DNA of 6,595 nucleotides from a virus: IMG/VR virus record IMGVR_UViG_3300009508_000009; one strand, 5' to 3'. Shown piece by piece: positions 1 to 4,364 of this stretch (position 1 is its first letter; each line of letters starts with the position of its first letter). The notes under the pieces were generated by a model. It saw only the letters and a program-made list of their open reading frames with translations, ran no database searches and was not told where the DNA came from. The position numbers and the translations under genes were made by a program.

Positions 1-123
1 GTATCGTCAAAGGTATACGCCTCTTCAGCCTCTTCTGGCGGCGATTCAGTCGGTGCTGTCGTGTCCTCGGTGATGGTGGTTTCAGTAGGAACACCATCAA
101 CCTCAGTCGTTTTAGTCTCCTTA
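1..123. repeat. Terminal direct repeat, copy 1 (identical to 6473-6595); circular-closure overlap rather than a biological repeat
   Basis: Block-by-block comparison found no mismatch between gtatcgtcaaaggtatacgc...gttttagtctcctta at 1-123 and at 6473-6595. The repeat lies inside one continuous reading frame. Confidence 0.95.
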
Positions 124-1208
124 GTGCCAACATCAAAATGATCAGGGCCATAGCTCAGATCGTGCTGAGTGCTTGTTGTAGTCGTCGTTGTGGTAGTAGA
201 ACCATCAGGATTCAAGCTTGTGCTAGTGCTGCTGCTGGATGGGCCAGCTACTGTTGCAGGGCCAGACAAAGAACTTGATTCAACCATTTCCTGATAGCAA
301 TTATCTGGACTAGATGATGCAGTACAGACCTCCCTCATCAAACCAGTGTAAAAGTCTAGATTTTTTCCAGCGAGATCCAGCTGATCGATATCTGAGTTTG
401 AAACAGCGGTTGGGGTGAAAGATGAACATACACCAGTAGCAGGATCAAAGTTGAAACCAGCCGGGCAATCTGTGCCGCGACGGTTAAGAACAGTTGTTAG
501 CGAGGTTTCATCCCGATCTGCATATGCCTTGAAATAGTAAGTGCATATGCCTTGGCTTGCTGATGACATTTGAACAGAGGAAGGCGTTGTGCCTGGCACT
601 GCGTAACCGCTATTGAGTTGTATTTTGGAACAGACGCCGGAAGGGCTTGAATCCCGAATCTCAACGCCTGATGCATTGTTTCCATACCAATGAACGAACT
701 GCGGATCATAGTCAGAAGGCGTCAAGGTATTCTTTGTTAATTGACCGCTTAGCTCGTCGAATGCCCAGCCAGCAGTATCTAAAAGAGTGCCAAAAATAAT
801 AGTGGAAGCAACAGCGCCTGGAGTCAGTCGCAAGAGGTTTTTTGCACCGGAAATGATCCTAGATGTGGGAACAACCTTTCCAGGCTTAACCGCAACGATT
901 GGGCTCACATTCATCAGAGCACCAGCGCCGTTAGGAAACGAAGGAATCCCAACAGTAGATGTTACTGGTCGAATAGTTGGACCTATCTTGCTGCCGGTCT
1001 GCGCGTTTAAAGAAGTATCGAGAGCGTAATACTGCTCACGACCGTAATAATGGATGTTACCGTTCGGGGTCTGATAATCGACAGATAACGCGTTTTCGAT
1101 GACTGATTTTGCGGAGGGTTTTACTGACTGGCGAACAGCGGCAGAGGCTGAGCTAGAAAGGAGAATGAGCGTTAAAAACGCTGCTGTATACCGAGAATAA
1201 AGGCCCAT
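1..1208 (-). CDS. gIII-like adsorption / minor coat protein, N-terminal 402 codons (runs off the window start and continues at 6472)
   Basis: I checked every minus-strand codon with top coordinate = 2 mod 3 from 1208 down to 3 and found no stop. ATG at 1206-1208 is the first start after an in-frame stop at 1335-1337. The N-terminus MGLYSRYTAAFLTLILLSSSASA/AVRQ looks like a Sec signal peptide with an AxA cleavage site. Six Cys lie in the ectodomain, followed by a Ser/Thr linker (SSSSTSTSLNPDGSTTTTTTTTST, about 168-239). The ORF is absent from the supplied track because it has no stop inside the window. Confidence 0.75.
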   Translation of the reverse strand, partial: MGLYSRYTAAFLTLILLSSSASAAVRQSVKPSAKSVIENALSVDYQTPNGNIHYYGREQYYALDTSLNAQTGSKIGPTIRPVTSTVGIPSFPNGAGALMNVSPIVAVKPGKVVPTSRIISGAKNLLRLTPGAVASTIIFGTLLDTAGWAFDELSGQLTKNTLTPSDYDPQFVHWYGNNASGVEIRDSSPSGVCSKIQLNSGYAVPGTTPSSVQMSSASQGICTYYFKAYADRDETSLTTVLNRRGTDCPAGFNFDPATGVCSSFTPTAVSNSDIDQLDLAGKNLDFYTGLMREVCTASSSPDNCYQEMVESSSLSGPATVAGPSSSSTSTSLNPDGSTTTTTTTTSTQHDLSYGPDHFDVGTKETKTTEVDGVPTETTITEDTTAPTESPPEEAEEAYTFDD

Positions 1209-1297
1209 CCCGCGATTACCCCGCCGAGAAAAATTAACGAATAAGCCAGCATGGCAATGTCGGCTGATGTAATAGCTAAAGCTGCTGTTTCTTCCAT
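1172..1297 (-). CDS. Possible 41-aa hydrophobic protein (g7/g9-like cap protein candidate)
   Basis: Hand translation gives MEETAALAITSADIAMLAYSLIFLGGVIAGWAFILGIQQRF, stop TAA at 1172-1174, with one TM-length hydrophobic segment. No convincing Shine-Dalgarno sequence, and it overlaps the gIII start by 37 nt. Confidence 0.3.
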   Translation of the reverse strand: MEETAALAITSADIAMLAYSLIFLGGVIAGWAFILGIQQRF

Positions 1298-1304
1298 AAG
1301 ATTT

Positions 1305-1324
1305 GGGGAGAGTTGCCCCTCCCC
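1305..1324 (-). terminator. Hairpin just downstream of the major coat gene (possible attenuator or partial terminator)
   Basis: GGGGAG (1305-1310) pairs with CTCCCC (1319-1324) across an 8-nt loop, 11 nt past the coat stop codon. On the transcribed strand it is followed by AAATCTTAT, so there is no proper U-tract. Confidence 0.3.
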
Positions 1325-1334
1325 GCTCCTGCCC

Positions 1335-1469
1335 TTAGGCCTTGCGAACGCCGCGCTTGCCGAGGTCGATGCCCTTAAACGCCATGTGAATGCCGATAAT
1401 GGTCACGCCGATACCGCCAACGAAAGCCAGTACAGTTGCGAAATCTACCGCTGCGAAAATCTCAGTCAT
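1335..1469 (-). CDS. Major coat protein (gVIII-like), 44 aa, no signal peptide
   Basis: Hand translation gives MTEIFAAVDFATVLAFVGGIGVTIIGIHMAFKGIDLGKRGVRKA. It has an acidic N-terminus (E3, D9), a hydrophobic core and a basic C-terminus (K32, K38, R39, R42, K43), the classic inovirus coat layout. A GGAG Shine-Dalgarno sits 8 nt upstream (TAACGGAGCAACAAACATG). Too short for the supplied track. Confidence 0.8.
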   Translation of the reverse strand: MTEIFAAVDFATVLAFVGGIGVTIIGIHMAFKGIDLGKRGVRKA

Positions 1470-1482
1470 GTTTGTTGCTCCG

Positions 1483-1617
1483 TTAAGTTTTGCGAATGAC
1501 GCTGATGACAACGCCGATTTTCATGCCCAGCGCCCAAACGGCGACTGTAAGCAGGAAAGCTGATGTGTACACAGAGATGACCCCGTCTACGGTTAAAGTT
1601 GTGAGTGATTCAGGCAT
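1483..1617 (-). CDS. 44-aa hydrophobic small protein (minor coat g7/g9-like candidate)
   Basis: Hand translation gives MPESLTTLTVDGVISVYTSAFLLTVAVWALGMKSALVISVFAKT. Its ATG overlaps the upstream stop as TAATG, with GAGGG/AGGA just upstream. It sits immediately before the major coat gene. Confidence 0.55.
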   Translation of the reverse strand: MPESLTTLTVDGVISVYTSAFLLTVAVWALGMKIGVVISVIRKT

Positions 1618-1748
1618 TAACCCTCATCCTCGAAAATTTCGTCTGAGTGCTCTTCCGCGCAGTCGTCACAGACAGAAATGCCGGTTTTATCAGCAAATTC
1701 AGTCTGATCATCATCAAGATCGCAGCCGCAGTAATCGCACTCGTCCAT
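1617..1748 (-). CDS. 43-aa highly acidic Cys-rich mini-protein (CxxCxC...CxxC, zinc-ribbon-like), function unknown
   Basis: This is the inner ATG of track ORF 1617..1808: MDECDYCGCDLDDDQTEFADKTGISVCDDCAEEHSDEIFEDEG. The ATG at 1746-1748 lies 2 nt after the gV stop (1751-1753). The stop overlaps the next gene start (TAATG). 18 of 43 residues are D or E. Confidence 0.55.
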   Translation of the reverse strand: MDECDYCGCDLDDDQTEFADKTGISVCDDCAEEHSDEIFEDEG

Positions 1749-1750
1749 AG

Positions 1751-2065
1751 TTAGCCAACCTTTTGCTGTAGGGCTGGAGCTGCAAGAGGAACCAGAACAG
1801 GCTGGCACTCGAAAGACTCATACTTGCCAATGTTGAAAGACCCTTCGTGCAACTCGTAATTGCCGGGTTGATACGGCATCTGGCCGTCTTCAAGCTGAAT
1901 TTTGGTTTTCTGTGGATATGGAGCATCACCGATCTGGACCCATGCTTCTTGAGTTCGAATGGTGTAATCGTTGCCGGTGCGCTGGCTTTTGCCTTTGCGT
2001 TCGTGAACGTGGTTGCTGTGGATCTCAAACACTACTTTCAATGGTGTGGTTTTCTGAATGCTCAT
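1751..2065 (-). CDS. ssDNA-binding protein (gV-like), 104 aa
   Basis: This is the inner ATG (M25) of track ORF 1751..2137: MSIQKTTPLKVVFEIHSNHVHERKGKSQRTGNDYTIRTQEAWVQIGDAPYPQKTKIQLEDGQMPYQPGNYELHEGSF... Size, position after rep and the Y-x-I-R-x-Q-E-A ... PYP pattern match what I remember of gV-type OB-fold proteins in Pf3/Xanthomonas-type phages. GGAG lies 11 nt upstream, and the start overlaps the upstream stop (TAATG). Confidence 0.7.
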   Translation of the reverse strand: MSIQKTTPLKVVFEIHSNHVHERKGKSQRTGNDYTIRTQEAWVQIGDAPYPQKTKIQLEDGQMPYQPGNYELHEGSFNIGKYESFECQPVLVPLAAPALQQKVG

Positions 2066-2307
2066 TATCTTGATGCTCCAAATATGAATATGTCGCCCAC
2101 GTATGGGGTGCCCCGTTCTTTGCGTTCTACAGTCCACAGGGACGGGGCTTTTTTGCCTGTGGCTTTTGCTTGCTCATCCTCAACTAACGACTGATCAACC
2201 ATCTGTTTAAGGTGGTCATTCAGAAGTGGTCGGGTGTTGCGCTGAGCGGCGAGTTTCTGCCGTTCGCGGTCGGTCAATTGGGTGCCTTGGAAGCTGACTG
2301 TTCTCAT
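2065..2307 (-). CDS. Hypothetical 80-aa hydrophilic protein
   Basis: Track ORF MRTVSFQGTQLTDRERQKLAAQRNTRPLLNDHLKQ... Its start overlaps the upstream stop as ATGA (2304-2307) and its stop overlaps the gV start. No family recognised. Confidence 0.5.
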   Translation of the reverse strand: MRTVSFQGTQLTDRERQKLAAQRNTRPLLNDHLKQMVDQSLVEDEQAKATGKKAPSLWTVERKERGTPYVGDIFIFGASR

Positions 2308-2489
2308 TCGCGGTCAACGCCTTTAGCTGGCTCATTGATGACAGGCGCGAAAACACCGATGCCAAAAATGACGGCAAAGGTAATAACCCCAACCATAGGC
2401 GTAAACGTGGCCCAAAAAGAAAGTGCAGCGAGGACGACGAGCACAATCAAGATGATCAGGGCCTCTTTACAGAACTCGTAATTGCTCAT
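2304..2489 (-). CDS. 61-aa small membrane protein with two predicted TM segments
   Basis: This is the inner ATG (M41) of track ORF 2304..2609: MSNYEFCKEALIILIVLVVLAALSFWATFTPMVGVITFAVIFGIGVFAPVINEPAKGVDRE. GAGGG lies 7 nt upstream, and the ATG overlaps the rep stop as ATGA (2486-2489). Confidence 0.55.
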   Translation of the reverse strand: MSNYEFCKEALIILIVLVVLAALSFWATFTPMVGVITFAVIFGIGVFAPVINEPAKGVDRE

Positions 2490-2794
2490 GCGACAGCCCT
2501 CAGATGTGCGCGTGGCTGGCGATACCAGTCGGGCATGGGAAGCTGGTAGGTTTTGGTGACTTCGCGGGCCTGAGAGACGATGACAGGCGTAAAGCGGCTG
2601 TGATCGCACTGGTTTGCAATGTCGATCCCAATTTTGCGTAGGCGTGCGCGGTGGGTCTGGACCTGACTCTTTGAGAAGTCGAAGGTTTGGCCATTCATCC
2701 AGTTATATGCATACAAGGCGGTAGTGTTTGCGGCGTAGGTACTAGCGCAAATCCCTTGAGATTGAAGAGTCTGGGAAATTGTTTGCAGGTCCAT
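2486..2794 (-). CDS. Possible in-frame internal product (gX-like), C-terminal 102 aa of Rep
   Basis: In-frame ATG at 2792-2794 (Rep M276) is preceded by CAGGTGACCGCTATG. AGGTGA matches the extended Shine-Dalgarno consensus at 5-nt spacing. In Ff phages gX is produced this way from gII. Confidence 0.3.
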   Translation of the reverse strand: MDLQTISQTLQSQGICASTYAANTTALYAYNWMNGQTFDFSKSQVQTHRARLRKIGIDIANQCDHSRFTPVIVSQAREVTKTYQLPMPDWYRQPRAHLRAVA

Positions 2795-3619
2795 AGCGGT
2801 CACCTGTAGGCGTTCATCTGTCGTTAAAAATTCGTCGTGTATTGTCTGGAATCTGGATTCATCAAAGAGGCCGTAAAAACGTAGGTTTTCGCGAGACAGG
2901 TACTCGGCCTTTAGTTCCTGCTCAAATCGAACAACGCCGTGATCCGAGCAATACTGATGAACTCGGGCGACGTAGGCGGACTCATTGGAGTCATCGCCAT
3001 GCAACCGTTTGATCTTTGGAATGAGGTTCAAGGAAAGCTCAAAAGCCTTGTCATAAACCTTGCGATATTGAAGCCGTGCACCGCCCTTTCGCTTGCCTGA
3101 TGCAGTCCAATCAACTGTTCTGCCATTAGGGAACAAAAAGCCGATTGAGTTAGCGACACGCTGGGTAGACAAGGCACGCAAATAGGCGAGTACGTTGCCC
3201 TCCCCTACACCAACATTGGTTGTCAGGTCGATGCGCTCAATACTGCAACCGTCAGACCACTGCCGGGCCTTAGTGCCGTCATCACTCTGGCGGTATTCAA
3301 GTCGAGTTCCGCGAGTGAGTGCAGGAAGGCCATACTCAGCCAAAATGGCGCTATAGACAGGGAGGCATTCGCCAACAGTCTGATACCCGAAAAGGTTATC
3401 TAGTCGATTAATTCGGGATGGGTTGCCCTCTACCCTCACCTTCCGCCCTTGAACGCTGATCATGATCAAACTAGAAAAGCTGCCCTGATGCTTAAAGCGC
3501 GGCTGGCGTGTGGTGAGGTGCTCGCCGGTGTGCGAGTCAATTGTCACAGTGAATACATCACAGACGACCGGAAGGTCGTAGTCATACTCTTGAGTAACTG
3601 TGAGCCAATCGATGAACAT
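2486..3619 (-). CDS. Replication initiation protein (gII / phage CRI-type rolling-circle initiator), 377 aa
   Basis: Begins at M79 of track ORF 2486..3853: MFIDWLTVTQEY... with AAGGGA 4-5 nt upstream. It contains VEGNPSRINRLDNLFGY and LQYRKVYDKAFEL, which I recognise as the conserved GNP-K...N-FG and Y..K.YDK motifs of filamentous-phage initiators. The 78 upstream codons overlap the divergent repressor gene and the promoter region. Confidence 0.9.
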   Translation of the reverse strand: MFIDWLTVTQEYDYDLPVVCDVFTVTIDSHTGEHLTTRQPRFKHQGSFSSLIMISVQGRKVRVEGNPSRINRLDNLFGYQTVGECLPVYSAILAEYGLPALTRGTRLEYRQSDDGTKARQWSDGCSIERIDLTTNVGVGEGNVLAYLRALSTQRVANSIGFLFPNGRTVDWTASGKRKGGARLQYRKVYDKAFELSLNLIPKIKRLHGDDSNESAYVARVHQYCSDHGVVRFEQELKAEYLSRENLRFYGLFDESRFQTIHDEFLTTDERLQVTAMDLQTISQTLQSQGICASTYAANTTALYAYNWMNGQTFDFSKSQVQTHRARLRKIGIDIANQCDHSRFTPVIVSQAREVTKTYQLPMPDWYRQPRAHLRAVA

Positions 3620-3662
3620 TTGATCCCTTGCACGCATGCACACAAATAACATTTGAGCGAAA

Positions 3663-3690
3663 TGTATACTTGTAAGCATGCACACGTCAA
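3663..3690 (-). promoter_or_regulatory. Candidate sigma70-type promoter for the rep / structural operon
   Basis: On the minus strand, TTGACG (complement of 3685-3690), a 16-nt spacer, then TATACA (complement of 3663-3668), about 45 nt upstream of the rep ATG. One CATGCACAC repeat fills the spacer. Confidence 0.35.
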
Positions 3691-3699
3691 CACTAATAA
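3671..3699 (+). promoter_or_regulatory. Candidate promoter for the plus-strand repressor gene, overlapping the rep promoter
   Basis: TTGTAA (3671-3676), a 17-nt spacer, then TAATAA (3694-3699). Both hexamers are weak matches. CATGCACAC copies abut both hexamers. Confidence 0.25.
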
Positions 3700-3734
3700 C
3701 ATGCACACACCACAATGATTGCGAGATCCTGAAA

Positions 3735-3941
3735 ATGAGAGACGAAGAAATGCCAACGAACATAAGGTTGACGAATAAGGAGCAGGAAGCTCTCAGAAAA
3801 AAATGTATAGATATCAATAAGATATTGGTGAAAATGGGGCACCAACCCGTCAAAGACTCAGAGCTTGTTCATGCAGTTTTACTGCAAGTCATTGATAATA
3901 TTGAAGTTTCAACAACAGGACAGATAGCGGTGCGGGTTTAA
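3735..3941 (+). CDS. Putative ribbon-helix-helix (Arc/Mnt-like) transcriptional repressor / immunity protein; alternative start at 3750
   Basis: This is the only supportable plus-strand gene and it diverges from rep. (MRDEE)MPTNIRLTNKEQEALRKKCIDINKILVKMGHQPVKDSELVHAVLLQVIDNI... fits a beta-strand / helix / G-x loop / helix layout similar to Arc (PQFNLRWPREVLDLVRKVAEENGRSVNSEIYQRV). The start codon is uncertain: 3735 or 3750, both with weak Shine-Dalgarno sequences. Confidence 0.55.
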   Translation: MRDEEMPTNIRLTNKEQEALRKKCIDINKILVKMGHQPVKDSELVHAVLLQVIDNIEVSTTGQIAVRV

Positions 3942-3950
3942 GCATGGGAG

Positions 3951-3972
3951 TTACCCCGGAAGTCCGGGGTAA
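3951..3972. other. Perfect 9-bp hairpin (TTACCCCGG / CCGGGGTAA, loop AAGT)
   Basis: Stem 3951-3959 pairs with 3964-3972, starting 10 nt after the repressor stop codon. No U-tract follows. Likely an ssDNA origin or packaging-region structure, or a factor-independent transcription barrier. Confidence 0.5.
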
Positions 3973-3973
3973 A

Positions 3974-3997
3974 GTGGGGGTGTAACAGCACCCCCAC
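3974..3997. other. Perfect 9-bp hairpin (GTGGGGGTG / CACCCCCAC, loop TAACAG)
   Basis: Stem 3974-3982 pairs with 3989-3997, directly abutting the previous hairpin. Confidence 0.5.
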
Positions 3998-4209
3998 CCA
4001 ATCGACGCCTGAAACATGGTGCATGGACCCGTCTAGGCGTCCGGCTGGGCCAGACACCAAGACCCGGATAAATCACGCCCTTTGCGCTGCGCACAAAGCC
4101 CGCTCAACCGGGCGGCTGTGGCCGCAGGTCAAAAGAGATTTAAAGGGTCTGTGAGGTCGTCAGGGGTTGAACAATGAGCGAAGAGGGTTTGGTGCAGGCT
4201 TAGAACAGG

Positions 4210-4245
4210 GCGCACGCGTCAGGGCGATTCAGAGACGCGTGGCGC
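4210..4245. other. Hairpin of 8+3 bp with a one-base bulge (GCGCACGCGTC / GACGCGTgGCGC), 13-nt loop
   Basis: 4210-4220 pairs with 4234-4245, with G4242 bulged. The ACGCGT palindrome is present in both arms. The 3' arm overlaps the outer stem of the 4241-4364 structure. Confidence 0.45.
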
Positions 4246-4364
4246 ATCGCATAATAGCGGATTACGTGTAAATAGATCGGCCCGCGTCCCGATTTTCGGG
4301 CCGATCAACTCGGCTTTTAGCCGCCTTCGGTAACTTAATCCGGCACCTCATTATGCGAAGCGTC
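4241..4364. promoter_or_regulatory. Long imperfect inverted repeat carrying dif-like XerC half-sites: candidate folded attP, or alternatively a packaging-signal hairpin
   Basis: Outer stem 4241-4255 / 4350-4364 has 9 contiguous bp (TCGCATAAT / ATTATGCGA), an A.A mismatch, then 4 more pairs. Inner stem 4258-4270 / 4331-4342 has 7 bp, a mismatch, 2 bp, a bulge and 2 bp. The internal loop is asymmetric (2 vs 7 nt). The apical part holds hairpins at 4275-4306 and 4311-4323. The top strand 4246-4273, ATCGCATAAT-AGCGGA-TTACGTGTAAAT, is 28 nt and resembles proteobacterial dif (E. coli GGTGCGCATAA-TGTATA-TTATGTTAAAT, quoted from memory). Confidence 0.4.
4275..4306 (-). terminator. Perfect 10-bp hairpin (GATCGGCCCG / CGGGCCGATC, 12-nt loop); possible terminator of the long minus-strand operon
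   Basis: Lies about 45 nt downstream of the last minus-strand stop (4351). On the minus strand it is followed by TATTTACACG, which is only moderately T-rich. Confidence 0.35.

Larger units (their letters stand above)
3635..3708. promoter_or_regulatory. Three direct copies of CATGCACAC (putative operator sites) in the rep/repressor divergent region
   Basis: Copies lie at 3635-3643, 3677-3685 and 3700-3708, with start-to-start spacing of 42 and 23 nt. Each contains the GCATGC or CATG palindromic core. AATAAC also recurs at 3645-3650 and 3695-3700. Confidence 0.5.

Noticed and set aside
1-123. The terminal 123-bp direct repeat as an LTR, an IS end or an att duplication
   Set aside because: It sits in the middle of the gIII reading frame, which reads through the junction perfectly in frame. 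No host-like flanking sequence is present. A circular-genome closure overlap, or the second unit of a tandem copy, explains it.
787-2481. Plus-strand track ORFs 787..1029, 1251..1499, 1490..1750, 1847..2194 and 2212..2481
   Set aside because: All lie antisense to well-supported minus-strand genes (gIII, coat cluster, gV, small ORFs). Several use GTG/TTG starts, and none has a recognisable motif or RBS. They are probably shadow ORFs.
3449-3649. Plus-strand 66-aa ORF inside rep
   Set aside because: It is antisense to the conserved N-terminal part of Rep and has no independent support.
3635-3708. The CATGCACAC repeats as a mini CRISPR array
   Set aside because: There are only three 9-bp copies with unequal 14-33-nt gaps, inside a divergent promoter region. 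This is far from CRISPR repeat and spacer dimensions.
3620-3853. The N-terminal 78 codons of the 455-aa track ORF (MTGWCPIFTNILL...) as part of Rep
   Set aside because: The extension is low-complexity and hydrophobic, and it overlaps the divergent repressor gene and the promoter/operator region. The family-typical N-terminus MFIDWLT begins at M79 with an AAGGGA Shine-Dalgarno just upstream.
3951-3997. The twin hairpins after the repressor gene as canonical rho-independent terminators
   Set aside because: Neither stem is followed by a T-tract on either strand, so they are reported as structural or origin-type elements instead.
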